DNA from: Gemmatimonadaceae bacterium
GTDB lineage: Bacteria; Gemmatimonadota; Gemmatimonadetes; Gemmatimonadales; Gemmatimonadaceae
Direction of reading: 5' to 3'
DNA: 64,000 nt
Assembly (NCBI GenBank): GCA_051859245.1
Contig: JBHYGA010000005.1
Span: 256,001-320,000 of the forward strand
Every line of letters begins with the position of its first letter. Positions within the stretch are counted from its first letter, which is position 1. The translations under genes were made by a program, and so were the position numbers. The notes under the pieces are model-generated. The model ran no database searches and was not told the origin of the DNA. It worked only from the letters and a program-made list of their open reading frames with translations. Below, piece by piece: positions 46,317-56,234 of the stretch.

Positions 46317-48361
46317 CGCCCCCCGTTGTTCAACACCTCGCGCACCTTGCGAGCCAGTGATCGCGGTGTGTACGGCTTCTGCAAAAACGCGACGTCGTCA
46401 CGCAGAATGCCGTGCCGGATCACCGCGTCGTAGGTGTAGCCGCTCAAAAAGAGCACCTTGAGATGCGCGTGACGTGTCGCGAGTTCTTCCGCGAGCACAC
46501 GTCCGCTCATGCCCGGCATCACCACATCGGTGACCAGCAAATGCACGTGGCCTGGCGACATCGTCAGCAACTCGAGCGCCTGCGCGCCACTTGAGGCCTG
46601 CCACACCGTATATCCCTGATCGGTGAGTGCACGCAGCGCGATGGCGCGCACGGCATCGTCGTCTTCCACGAGCAGGATCGTCTCGTTCCCACCAATGTTG
46701 GTGGCTTCCGTACGCGCAGCCGAAGCTTCACTGACCACCACATCGACCGTGGGAAGGTAGATCGAAAACGTGGTGCCGATGCCCACTTCGGAATACACGT
46801 GCAGACTGCCACCGCTCTGCTTCACGATGCCATGCACGGTGGCGAGGCCGAGTCCCGTGCCTTTGCCTACATCTTTCGTGGTGAAAAACGGCTCAAATAC
46901 CCGCGCGCGCACTGCCGGCGACATGCCAAATCCATTGTCGCTGACATCGAGCTTGAGGTGCTGGCCTGGTCGAAAGTCGGCGTGTTGTTCGGCGTACTCT
47001 TCATCCAGCAGCACCATCGACGTTTGAATGGTCAGCTTACCACCGGCGGGCATCGCATCTCGCGCGTTGACTGCCAGATTGATCAGCACCTGTCCAAACT
47101 GCCCCGCATCAATGTTCACTCGGCGCAGCTCGGCGCCAAGCACGGTGGCGAGCAGAATATCTTCGCCGAGCATGCGGCGCAGCAGCAGTTCGGCGTCTCG
47201 CACCACATCATTGATATCGGTAACGCGCGTTTCCAGCACTGTCTGTCGGCTGAAGGCCAACAACTGACGCGTCAGTCCGGCGGCTCGCTCTCCGGCTTCG
47301 CTGATCGCCTTGACTGCTTCGGTGGTGGGATCATTGTGAGGTAGCAGCATCAACAGCATTTCGCTGTAGCCGGAGATTACCGTGAGCAGATTGTTGAAAT
47401 CATGCGCAACGCCGCCCGCGAGCTGTCCGACCGCTTCCATCTTTTGCGCCTGCCGGAACTGTTGCTCCAGTAGTCTGAGCGACGACACGTCAGATAGCAC
47501 GCCCACAAAGTGCGTGACTTTGTCAGTGAGATCGCGAATTGGCGAAATGCTCATCGCGTTCCAGAAATGCGTGCCGTCTTTCCGATAGTTGATCATTTCA
47601 ACTGACACTGCACGCTGCGACGCAAAAGCCTCGCGCAACCGTTTCACAGCGTCCACCGAGGTGTCGGGCCCCTGCATGAACCGCGCGTTCCGGCCAATGC
47701 ACTCGTCGCGCGTATAGCCGCTGATTTGCAGAAACGCGTCGTTCACATAGCTGATCGGATTGTCGGGTAATGCGCAATCGGTAATGCACACGCCTTGTGA
47801 GAGCGATGCCAGCGCACGCTCGCGAATGTGCAGCGCCTCACCCGACTTCCGCTGCGCCGTGAGGTCTCGCGTGACGTTCGCGTAGCCGAGATGCGTTCCG
47901 TGCTCGTCCTCAATGCGCGTAATGACTACCGACGCCATATAGGGTGCCGCGTTCTTGCGCAGGCGAAGGCCTTCTTCTTCGAATCGCCCATCGCGTAGTG
48001 CGTCATGCAGTCCGCGCTCAGGCTTTCCGGCTGCCACATCGTCGGCCGTGTAGAGCATTGAGATGTGCTGCCCGATGACTTCCACAGACGTGTACCCGTT
48101 CGACTTTTCAGCGCCTGGATTCCAGCTGAACACCAGACCGTCGGGATCGATCATGAAGATCCCGTAGTCGTGCACAGCTGCAACCAATACTCGAAATCGA
48201 TCATCCACAGCGGCGCTCAGCGATTCCGGCGCTCGTGCTGCCGCGCCGCGTTCCGCTGGTGGACGGATCACGAGGCGTAAGGCGTGACATGATATTTCAT
48301 TTCGAATGCTAGCGCACGCGGTTTCGCCCAACCATCCGCCGTTTGGATGAGACGCTGGCAT
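46313..48361 (-). CDS. Hybrid histidine kinase: PAS + LOV-like PAS + HisKA/HATPase + receiver
   Basis: WNPGAE..GY, GRNARFMQG, AHDFNNLL, PFFTTK..GTGLGL, TDVVMPGMSG; start 48361 or 48271 (the ORF-track extension overlaps the toxin gene). Confidence 0.9.
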   Translation of the reverse strand: MPASHPNGGWLGETACASIRNEISCHALRLVIRPPAERGAAARAPESLSAAVDDRFRVLVAAVHDYGIFMIDPDGLVFSWNPGAEKSNGYTSVEVIGQHISMLYTADDVAAGKPERGLHDALRDGRFEEEGLRLRKNAAPYMASVVITRIEDEHGTHLGYANVTRDLTAQRKSGEALHIRERALASLSQGVCITDCALPDNPISYVNDAFLQISGYTRDECIGRNARFMQGPDTSVDAVKRLREAFASQRAVSVEMINYRKDGTHFWNAMSISPIRDLTDKVTHFVGVLSDVSSLRLLEQQFRQAQKMEAVGQLAGGVAHDFNNLLTVISGYSEMLLMLLPHNDPTTEAVKAISEAGERAAGLTRQLLAFSRQTVLETRVTDINDVVRDAELLLRRMLGEDILLATVLGAELRRVNIDAGQFGQVLINLAVNARDAMPAGGKLTIQTSMVLLDEEYAEQHADFRPGQHLKLDVSDNGFGMSPAVRARVFEPFFTTKDVGKGTGLGLATVHGIVKQSGGSLHVYSEVGIGTTFSIYLPTVDVVVSEASAARTEATNIGGNETILLVEDDDAVRAIALRALTDQGYTVWQASSGAQALELLTMSPGHVHLLVTDVVMPGMSGRVLAEELATRHAHLKVLFLSGYTYDAVIRHGILRDDVAFLQKPYTPRSLARKVREVLNNGGR

Positions 48362-48401
48362 CGCAGCGGTGAATGTCAGCGACTTACTGCGGCTCGAATG
48401 G

Positions 48402-48734
48402 CTAGAGTGATACTGGCTGCCGGGCTCGGCAGGTCGCGCGGTCACGGGTCGATAGTGCGCCAACTCGTCGCAACACGAGCGAATTGTCAAGCGTAAACAA
48501 CTTCCAGCGCACAATCGAGGGCGCAGGTAGTCCCGTTTTCTCAAGATCGCGAATAGGCACGTCACCCGGCCACTTGGTGTGCGCCGCCGTTGTGATCATC
48601 GCCAGCACGAGGTGCCGCGACGCGGTGTTGAATGCAGCGCTCGAGCACACAAGGGCGGGGCGACGCTTTGTGGCGTGTTGATCGGAGAACGGAAAGGGCA
48701 CGACCACTACGTCGCCGGGCTTATAGGCTGGCAT
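48402..48734 (-). CDS. PemK/MazF family toxin
   Basis: GDVVVVPFPFSD..KRRPALVCS..AMITTA..GLPAPSIVR. Confidence 0.9.
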   Translation of the reverse strand: MPAYKPGDVVVVPFPFSDQHATKRRPALVCSSAAFNTASRHLVLAMITTAAHTKWPGDVPIRDLEKTGLPAPSIVRWKLFTLDNSLVLRRVGALSTRDRATCRARQPVSL

Positions 48735-48945
48735 ATCCCGCATCATCTTGCGATGAGTCCCATTCCGGTGCCAGTGTGGCCTCGAGCGCCTGCAGTTCGC
48801 CGCTTTCCGGACGTGCTCGGCGTACCCGAATGCCGTCCGGTTCAATGGTGAACTCAATGCGGTCGCCTGCAGTCAGCGCGAGCGCGTCGCGAATCGCACG
48901 GGGAATCGTGGCCTGATACTTCGTGGTCAAGGTGGACACGTGCAT
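48721..48945 (-). CDS. AbrB/MazE family antitoxin
   Basis: STLTTKYQATIPRAIRDALALTAGDRIEF, EWDSSQDDAGYASL. Confidence 0.9.
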   Translation of the reverse strand: MHVSTLTTKYQATIPRAIRDALALTAGDRIEFTIEPDGIRVRRARPESGELQALEATLAPEWDSSQDDAGYASL

Positions 48946-48956
48946 GCAACTCCCCC

Positions 48957-48992
48957 GTAATAAGGTATCGAGTAATACGTATTACGGTAATA
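48957..48992. promoter_or_regulatory. Candidate TA operator: 14-bp palindrome GTAATACGTATTAC and GTAATA boxes every 15 bp
   Basis: Boxes at 48957, 48972 and 48987 upstream of the antitoxin start. Confidence 0.6.
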
Positions 48993-49149
48993 GTGTGATC
49001 CAGCCGTTTCAAGCTCCGATGGGCTAGCTTAGGCGCAAGCGCCACCATACGTGTCATCGTTTCTTGGCCGGCGACGCCATTTTTTTACATGCAACTCACA
49101 TGGCACACACCGCGTATTAACCGCATCCCTCTCATCACGGAGTGAAGGC

Positions 49150-49902
49150 TTGTCCGCTGCTGATCCCTTCCTGTCCGTTTCGAACGTCCGCAAACAGTAC
49201 GCCACCGTACTAGCCGTCAACGACATCTCCTTCCACGTGTCACGCGGCGAAATCGTCGCACTGCTCGGACCCAATGGCGCCGGTAAAACGACACTGCTGC
49301 GCATGCTGGTGCGCATCACGCGACCAGATTCGGGCACGATCAAATGGGACGGCGCCGATGCGCCAATCTCACCAATGGCGCTCGGCTACCTGCCCGAAGA
49401 CCGTGGTCTGTATCAGGACATTCCCATACGAAAGACACTCTCGTACTTCGCACGACTGCGCGGGGTGCCCGCTCCGCAGGCGACACAGCGCGCCGACGAA
49501 TGGCTGGAGCGACTCGTTCTGGCTGACCGCGCGAACGAAAAGCTCGGCGCGCTCTCCAAGGGGAATCAACAGAAAGTGCAGTTCGCCGCGGCGGTGTTGC
49601 ACGGCCCGCGCATTGCCATTCTCGATGAACCGTTCAGCGGACTCGATCCGGTGAATCAGGAAGCATTCCTCGATATTGTGCGGGAGCTGCGTGACGCGGG
49701 CACGACCATTCTGCTCAGCGCACATCAGATGTCGCTGGTGGAGCGTGTCGCCGATCGCGTGTTCGTGATGCATCGCGGACGGGAACTGTTGCACGCACCA
49801 ACCGCCGAGCTGCTCACAGGTGGCTCGTTGCACGACTTGTATGTGGAACGTGTACGCGCCGCCGATACGGCGTGGGCGGCGGCACAAGGAGTGGCCGCAT
49901 GA
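49150..49902 (+). CDS. ABC-2 transporter ATP-binding protein
   Basis: GPNGAGKTT, LSKGNQQKV, ILDEPFSGLDP; probable TTG start. Confidence 0.92.
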   Translation: MSAADPFLSVSNVRKQYATVLAVNDISFHVSRGEIVALLGPNGAGKTTLLRMLVRITRPDSGTIKWDGADAPISPMALGYLPEDRGLYQDIPIRKTLSYFARLRGVPAPQATQRADEWLERLVLADRANEKLGALSKGNQQKVQFAAAVLHGPRIAILDEPFSGLDPVNQEAFLDIVRELRDAGTTILLSAHQMSLVERVADRVFVMHRGRELLHAPTAELLTGGSLHDLYVERVRAADTAWAAAQGVAA

Positions 49903-51095
49903 CACGCGCCCAGCAGACTCTCGAAGTGGCCAAGTGGGAGTTCAATCGTTTTGTGAAGTGGCGTCAGCAGTTCATCGGATTGATTGTGATGGCGGTGTTC
50001 GCAATAGGTGGCGCACTCATCGGCAAGGCGGTCAAGGGGAGCAAATCAAAAGAAGCCCTGGTCGCGGTGGTCGGCTCTGAAAATCTCGGCTTTCCGCTAC
50101 CGGCAGTTGCCAGTGTGCGTTGGGATTCCACACAAGTCTGGAGCGTGGAGCGCGCGCGAGCGGCACTTACCAACGGCGACTTGAATGGCGTACTCATCGT
50201 GTCGTCGCCACGCGAGGCCTCAATACTGGTGCCCAAGCGCAGCGCCTGGACCGAGCCCCTCGGTGTCGCGCTGAACGGTGCGCGTCAGCAAGCCGCGATG
50301 CAGCAGTTGGTCATGACACCCGAACAACGCGAGGCAGTATTTACGCCGCTGTCCGTGACCACAGATTTCCTCACGGCCGGTGGAGCCGCCGTGGCCAAAT
50401 CCACGCGCATCTTTGTGTTCGCAATCCTCGGACTCGGGCTGCTCATGCTCTTCTCGGGCTTCGGCACCATGTTCATTGGCATTACCAGCGAAAAGACGCA
50501 GCGTGTAACCGAGCAGATTGTCGCGATGGTACCACCGCAGACGTGGATGGATGGCAAGATTCTCGGGCTCGCGAGTTCCGCGATGGTTGGGTCGCTGATC
50601 TTCGCGCTCGGCTCTATCGTGATCGTGCTGGTGTTGCCCAAGCTCATGGGCACCAGCAGCATCAGCATTCCACCGATCGCGTCCGACTACGGCACCCTGT
50701 TGCTGATTGTGCTCATCACATTGCTCGGCGTGGCCATGTGGTTCTCGGTGATGGCGGCCATCGCGGCAACCATTGATGACCCGAACAGCTCAACACGTTC
50801 GATTCTGCTCTTCCTGCCCATGCTGCCCAGCGGTCTCGCGCTCATGCTGGTGTCGAAAGCAGAAACGAATCTCGCGCAGATCTTCTCCATGTTTCCGCTC
50901 ACGGCCATGAGCGTACTCCCCATGCGACTCATGCTCACCACGGTTCCGTGGTGGGAAGTGGTTGTCGCGCTGGGTGGGCTTGTGCTTGCTGTCTGGATGT
51001 TCAGACTGCTGGCCGGAAAGATCTTCTCGGCGGCAATCCTCATGCATGGCAAGGAACCAGGTGTGCGCGAGTTGTGGCGCTGGATGCGGGCCTGA
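49899..51095 (+). CDS. ABC-2 transporter permease (NatB-like)
   Basis: SEKTQRVTE..GKILG, six TMs; ATGA overlap. Confidence 0.88.
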   Translation: MTRAQQTLEVAKWEFNRFVKWRQQFIGLIVMAVFAIGGALIGKAVKGSKSKEALVAVVGSENLGFPLPAVASVRWDSTQVWSVERARAALTNGDLNGVLIVSSPREASILVPKRSAWTEPLGVALNGARQQAAMQQLVMTPEQREAVFTPLSVTTDFLTAGGAAVAKSTRIFVFAILGLGLLMLFSGFGTMFIGITSEKTQRVTEQIVAMVPPQTWMDGKILGLASSAMVGSLIFALGSIVIVLVLPKLMGTSSISIPPIASDYGTLLLIVLITLLGVAMWFSVMAAIAATIDDPNSSTRSILLFLPMLPSGLALMLVSKAETNLAQIFSMFPLTAMSVLPMRLMLTTVPWWEVVVALGGLVLAVWMFRLLAGKIFSAAILMHGKEPGVRELWRWMRA

Positions 51096-51132
51096 AGGTG
51101 CTGCCGAACCTACGGGGCAGCGCACGAGCCGA

Positions 51133-51951
51133 TCAGCCCGTGTAGAGCCCCGCCGCGGCCTTCGACGATACGACAATGCCTTTAATCATGGCCGAGCTGA
51201 GCCCTTGATGCTCCATCTCGTTCAGCCCGGCGATGGTGCACCCACGCGGCGTGGTCACGCGATCAATCTCACGCTCGGGGTGCGCGCCGCTCTGTAACGC
51301 CAGCGCGGCCGCACCCTTGGCGGTCTGCGCGGCAAGCAGTGCGGCATCTTCGGGATGAAATCCGATTTCAATGCCGCCTTGCATGGCGGCGCGTACCGTG
51401 CGTAGGAAAAACGCAATGCCGCACGCACACAGTGCCGTTGCCGGCACGATCATTTCTTCTTCGATGACGAGCGTGCGACCCACGAGATCAAACAGCGTGA
51501 TCGCAGACGTGAGCGCACCACCGTCCCGCGCGTGACCGGCAATGCAGGTCATCGATTCGCCAATGCTCACGGCGGTATTTGGCATGGCGCGCACAATGTC
51601 GACGTGATCGCCGAGCACGCGCTGCATGTCGGCGATTGAGGCGCCGGATACCACCGAGATCACATGGTGTCGCGTGGTGTTGATCACAGGCGCGATCTCG
51701 GCCAGCAAGGCTGGCAACTGACGCGGCTGCACCGCCAGAACGACAATCGCGGCCTCCGACACCGCGCGTGCATTGTCTGCATGCACGGCGATGCCGTCTG
51801 CCGCGAGAGCGCTGAGTTTATCAACCTGTCTCCGCGTCACGGTGACCTGCGACGGAAGAAAACGACCCGCGCGCACCCATCCCCGCGCGAGCGCGACGCC
51901 AAGGTTTCCGCCACCGAGAATGGCGATCTGTTCAGAACTTGGCGTCGTCAT
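51133..51951 (-). CDS. proC: Pyrroline-5-carboxylate reductase
   Basis: ILGGGNLG, LAVQP, VRAMPNT, VTTPRGCTIAGL. Confidence 0.95.
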   Translation of the reverse strand: MTTPSSEQIAILGGGNLGVALARGWVRAGRFLPSQVTVTRRQVDKLSALAADGIAVHADNARAVSEAAIVVLAVQPRQLPALLAEIAPVINTTRHHVISVVSGASIADMQRVLGDHVDIVRAMPNTAVSIGESMTCIAGHARDGGALTSAITLFDLVGRTLVIEEEMIVPATALCACGIAFFLRTVRAAMQGGIEIGFHPEDAALLAAQTAKGAAALALQSGAHPEREIDRVTTPRGCTIAGLNEMEHQGLSSAMIKGIVVSSKAAAGLYTG

Positions 51952-51974
51952 CTGCTACTCCTTTTGGGGAAGGC

Positions 51975-52103
51975 TTACGGCCCGAACCCCGGCGGCGCTT
52001 TCTCCTCCGCCGGGCTCGTCATCACCTTGTAGAAACACCAGAACGTGCCCACCCACACAAGCGTGAGCGACGAAATCATGAAGATCCAGCCAAGCGTAGT
52101 CAT
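51975..52103 (-). CDS. 42-aa single-TM protein, putative small partner of the NSS transporter (not in ORF track)
   Basis: AAGGAG RBS; MTTLGWIFMISSLTLVWVGTFWCFYKVMTSPAEEKAPPGFGP; fills the gap between the transporter and proC. Confidence 0.8.
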   Translation of the reverse strand: MTTLGWIFMISSLTLVWVGTFWCFYKVMTSPAEEKAPPGFGP

Positions 52104-52115
52104 GGTGCGCGCTCC

Positions 52116-53714
52116 TTAGTCCGCAGGATTGTTGTCATCAATATCTACACCGGCCGCACGCAGACGCTTCTCGCCCACCATGGTGACGACCACGAGATAC
52201 ACCAGAATGCCAGCGATGGTGAGCATGCCCACGCGCGAACCCGTGTTGGCCCACGACGCCTGCAATGACGCGCTGAAGTTCTGAATGGTGAAGCCCACGA
52301 ATACAATGATCAGATACGCCGGGGCCACGAATTTCATGACGAACTTGAAGATGCTCGGCACCTGAATCGACGCGCCCTGATGCAGTTCGCGCCAGCCGCG
52401 ATCAATGCCGAACACCCACGCGAAGTAGATGATCTGCACCATGGCCAGCACAAAGATCAGATACGTACCCACCCAGAAGTCCACCGTGCTCCAGAACGCG
52501 CCGCCAGCGGTGAACCACAGCGTGAGAATCGCACCGAGCGTACCAATGATCGCGATCACGCTGGTTGCTTTGCCGTGCGTCCAGTTGGTGGCTTCCTTGA
52601 GGTGCGCAATCGCCGGCTGATACATGGACAGCGAGCTGGTGATTGCCGCCAGCCACAGCATGAAGAACCACACCGCACCGATGATGTTTTCAAACGCGCC
52701 CATCTGTGCGAAGACCACGGGCAGCGTGTTAAAGCCAAGGCCGAACGAGCCTGTCGCAACAGCCGCTGTCGTGCCGCTCAGTCCCAGGAAGACAAACGCG
52801 GCCGTGAGCGTGATCATGCCGCCAAAGCCCACTTCAAACAACTCGTTCGTTGCGCTGGCCGTGAGTCCCGAGAGCGCCACGTCATCTTTCTTGCGCATGT
52901 ACGACGCGTAGTTGATGATCACGCCGAATCCAACCGACAACGAGAAGAAGATCTGCGAGGCGGCAGCAAGCCAGGTCTTGAAGTTGCCGAGCGCCGCGAA
53001 GTCTGGGTTCCACATGTAACCCAGTCCGTTGATCACATTCTGTTCGGGCAACGCAGGGTCGGGTGTGCCGAGCGTGAGTACGCGAATGAGTACAACGAGC
53101 GCACACACGGCCATAATCGGCATCGCAAACGAGACAAACTTCTCGATGCCCTTGGACAGTCCGCGAAACACGAAGAAGATATTGATCGCAAAAACGACCA
53201 CCCAGCTGATGACCGTGTACTTCGAGTCACCGGTGAACAACACGCCGTCGCCCGATGCGCCGGTGATCGAGGAGTAAAAGCTTGCAGACGCGGCGGTCTG
53301 CTCGGCAATCGGTGTGCCCTGCACAATACCGATACCGCCAGCGAGATACTTCAGGAAGTACGCAAACGTCCACGTTTCAATGAACACGTAGTACGTAGAC
53401 ACACCGAGCGGGATGAGTACGCCGAGCACGCCGAAGTAGCGGGCGAGACGACCCTTACCAATTGCGCCCATGATCATCGGAGCGCCGTGCAATCCCTTCT
53501 TGCCGCCGTAGCGGCCCATCGTCCACTCGGCCCATCCGATCGGAATACCGAGCAGAAAGAGCGCGCAGAAATACGGAATAAGGAATGCACCACCGCCGTT
53601 TTCGGCGGCCTGTCCTGGGAAGCGGAGGAAGTTGCCCAGTCCGACGGCGGAACCGGCCACGGCGAGAATCACGCCGAGTTTTGAGCCCCACTCTTCTTTG
53701 CGTTCTGACGACAT
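52116..53714 (-). CDS. Sodium-dependent transporter, SNF/NSS family
   Basis: WGSKLGVILAVAGSAVGLGNFLRFP, AASQIFFSLS, AAITSSLSM. Confidence 0.95.
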   Translation of the reverse strand: MSSERKEEWGSKLGVILAVAGSAVGLGNFLRFPGQAAENGGGAFLIPYFCALFLLGIPIGWAEWTMGRYGGKKGLHGAPMIMGAIGKGRLARYFGVLGVLIPLGVSTYYVFIETWTFAYFLKYLAGGIGIVQGTPIAEQTAASASFYSSITGASGDGVLFTGDSKYTVISWVVVFAINIFFVFRGLSKGIEKFVSFAMPIMAVCALVVLIRVLTLGTPDPALPEQNVINGLGYMWNPDFAALGNFKTWLAAASQIFFSLSVGFGVIINYASYMRKKDDVALSGLTASATNELFEVGFGGMITLTAAFVFLGLSGTTAAVATGSFGLGFNTLPVVFAQMGAFENIIGAVWFFMLWLAAITSSLSMYQPAIAHLKEATNWTHGKATSVIAIIGTLGAILTLWFTAGGAFWSTVDFWVGTYLIFVLAMVQIIYFAWVFGIDRGWRELHQGASIQVPSIFKFVMKFVAPAYLIIVFVGFTIQNFSASLQASWANTGSRVGMLTIAGILVYLVVVTMVGEKRLRAAGVDIDDNNPAD

Positions 53715-53871
53715 GTTGCGTGGTGTCAGTGAAATAGATGATCACGTGCACGTGCCTTGTTGGCATTCAACAAACACGGTGCATCGCGCGGCCGCTGCAT
53801 TGCGACCGGTAAAACAAGGGAACTGCCTGGCCAGACGTTCGCCGCCTCAAAGCTCAACGGCGTGAGAAGGA

Positions 53872-54372
53872 TCAGCGTTGCGGCGGCGGCGTGGCGAAGC
53901 CGAGCAGCATGGCACCGCCAAGCCGGCGGCACTGCACCACGTCACTCCAACGCAACGCACTCTTGTGGTGGCCGTTCGCGGGTGCCCGTTCTGCGCTGGG
54001 GCCCGCGGTTGGTGCGCGGACCACACTGCGCATTTCGACCGATACCATTTCCACCTGCTCGCCGGTCTTCAGGCGGTTGGCGGGCAGCTCGCCATGCGAC
54101 TCGATCGTGGGCTGTTCGAGACGAACCGACGGTTGCGAGTCCGGTGTCTGCGCGTGCAGGACCTGTGCGGCTGCGCCGAGCGCGGTCAGCGCCAACCCTC
54201 CGACGACCAGGAGCGCTCGTCCGAGCGCGGCGACGCGATGGAGCAACACGGAGGGGCGGGAGGTGGGGCGGGCGCAGGAAACGGTAACGGTGCAATCTTG
54301 GAGGGCGGTGCACAGGGCGCAAGCGGGAGGGCCCACAGGCGAGGCGCCGAGGCGCCAGCGGCGGGTCGGCAC
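53872..54372 (-). CDS. Hypothetical protein with a signal/TM segment
   Basis: Hydrophobic LLVVGGLALTALGAAA segment; start uncertain. Confidence 0.4.
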   Translation of the reverse strand: MPTRRWRLGASPVGPPACALCTALQDCTVTVSCARPTSRPSVLLHRVAALGRALLVVGGLALTALGAAAQVLHAQTPDSQPSVRLEQPTIESHGELPANRLKTGEQVEMVSVEMRSVVRAPTAGPSAERAPANGHHKSALRWSDVVQCRRLGGAMLLGFATPPPQR

Positions 54373-54401
54373 TCCGGTCGTTGCGGGCGCGTTTGCCCGC
54401 C

Positions 54402-55916
54402 GTGTCCCTCCAACTCGTCTGGTTTAAACGCGACCTCCGCCTGTATGACCACGCGCCGCTCTCGACGGCCGCGCGCCATGGTCCGGTACTCGGCGTGTAC
54501 GTGTTCGAGCCCGACGTCTTCGGTGCGCCCGACGCCGATGCGCAGCACTTCGCGTTTGTCGTGGAATGTCTGCGTGAGCTCAGGGCACGCCTGCGGACGC
54601 GCGGCAGTGAACTGCTGCTGCGCACCGGCCGCGCGGAGGAGCAGTTGGATCGCCTTGTGAACGCGTTGCCCGTGGCGGCGATATGGGCGCACGAAGAAAC
54701 GGGGAATGCAATCACGTACGCGCGTGATCGCCGGGTGCGCGCGTGGGCCAGACAGCGCGGGCTTCCGTTTCACGAACTGCAAGCCGGCGGTGTTGTGCGT
54801 CGGCTTGGATCGCGCGATGGATGGGCCGAGCAGTGGGAACAGGTGATGCGCGCGCCCAGAGCGCGTGCACCGGAGCGATTTGTGATGCTGCCGTGGGCCG
54901 AGGCGGCGTCGAACGCTGACGCGCCACTTCCCGGCGATCCGCCAACGCACACTGAAATGCCGGTGAAAAGTCACGCCACGCGTGTGCACCGTGTACGCGG
55001 AGGTGAACGTGCGGCGCACGAGACGCTGGCGTCGTTTCTCGCATCACGCGGTGTGGACTATCGGCGTGCCATGTCGTCACCGCTCACGGCGTTTGACGAA
55101 TGTTCGCGCATCAGTCCGCACTTGGCGTTTGGCACGCTCTCCGGGCGACAGGCGTGGCAAGCGGCGCAGCGTCGCGCAGCAGAATTGAAGTCGTTGCCAG
55201 AGGCGGATCCGCGTTGGCGCGGTGCCATTACATCATTTACGGCGCGTCTTGCGTGGCGTGATCACTTCATGCAGAAGCTGGAGAGTGAACCACGCATTGA
55301 ATACGAGCCATTTGCTCGAGCGTACGCAACGCTGCGTCCGCGCGAGGCCGATCCAGAGCGTCTCGCCGCATGGATTGAAGGACGCACTGGCTATCCGTTT
55401 GTTGACGCCTGCATGCGTGCGCTGCGTGCAGAAGGTTGGATCAACTTTCGCATGCGCGCAATGCTCGTGTCATTCGCGAGTTATCACTTGTGGCTGCCGT
55501 GGCAAGCAACCGCGAAAGCGCTGGCGCCGCATTTTCTGGACTACGAGCCCGGCATTCACTATTCGCAGTTCCAAATGCAGTCCGGCACGACCGGCATCAA
55601 CACGGTGCGCATTTACAATCCATACAAGCAGGGACGCGATCAGGATCCTGCCGGAGTCTTCATCAAGCGCTGGGTACCCGAGTTGGCCGATGTCTCAGTC
55701 GACGACGTGCACGCACCGCACGAAATGCCGGCGCTGTTCGCACAAATGTCAGGATTGAGACTCGGTCGTGACTATCCGCATCCCGTCGTTGATCACGCAA
55801 CCGCGTATCGCGAGGCGAAGGAAAAGATGTTCGCGTTGCGGGACACGGCGGCGGCGCGCAAACAGGCGGCGGTGGTGCTTGAGCGGCATGGGTCGCGGCG
55901 GGCGAGGCGCGAGTAA
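54402..55916 (+). CDS. Deoxyribodipyrimidine photolyase/cryptochrome family protein
   Basis: LVWFKRDLRLYDH, SRISPHLAFG, GRTGYPFVDACMR, WINFRMRAM, RIYNPYKQ..DP.GVFIKRWVPEL. Confidence 0.93.
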   Translation: MSLQLVWFKRDLRLYDHAPLSTAARHGPVLGVYVFEPDVFGAPDADAQHFAFVVECLRELRARLRTRGSELLLRTGRAEEQLDRLVNALPVAAIWAHEETGNAITYARDRRVRAWARQRGLPFHELQAGGVVRRLGSRDGWAEQWEQVMRAPRARAPERFVMLPWAEAASNADAPLPGDPPTHTEMPVKSHATRVHRVRGGERAAHETLASFLASRGVDYRRAMSSPLTAFDECSRISPHLAFGTLSGRQAWQAAQRRAAELKSLPEADPRWRGAITSFTARLAWRDHFMQKLESEPRIEYEPFARAYATLRPREADPERLAAWIEGRTGYPFVDACMRALRAEGWINFRMRAMLVSFASYHLWLPWQATAKALAPHFLDYEPGIHYSQFQMQSGTTGINTVRIYNPYKQGRDQDPAGVFIKRWVPELADVSVDDVHAPHEMPALFAQMSGLRLGRDYPHPVVDHATAYREAKEKMFALRDTAAARKQAAVVLERHGSRRARRE

Positions 55917-55925
55917 GGCGTTCGC

Positions 55926-56195
55926 CTAGCGACGACCAACCCGCGGATCCGGCGTCTCACCGGTAAGCGTGCGATAGAGAAAGTACACCAGTAGCCCCAC
56001 GAGTCCGCCCATGCGCGCGCACCAGAATGCGACGCCCATGGCAATCGACCAGGGCATGCGCGTGGGATGACCCGCCTCCGTGGTCGGAATTGATCCCGGC
56101 AGAAACGCGAGAAATCCTACCGCCGCGCCAATGAGCGCACCGATGATCACAAACTGGACACCCTTGAGCACCACCCGCCAGGAAGGCTTCATCAA
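55926..56195 (-). CDS. Small two-TM membrane protein
   Basis: Two hydrophobic helices, follows the STK gene. Confidence 0.6.
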   Translation of the reverse strand: MMKPSWRVVLKGVQFVIIGALIGAAVGFLAFLPGSIPTTEAGHPTRMPWSIAMGVAFWCARMGGLVGLLVYFLYRTLTGETPDPRVGRR

Positions 56196-56234
56196 CCAGA
56201 CGCTACCACTCCCGAACCGCGGTGTCGAGAGGCG

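Noticed and set aside
48362..48565. N-terminal extension of the histidine kinase ORF
   Set aside because: Overlaps the PemK toxin gene in another frame; real start is downstream
52380..53684. 434-aa plus-strand ORF
   Set aside because: Antisense shadow of the NSS transporter
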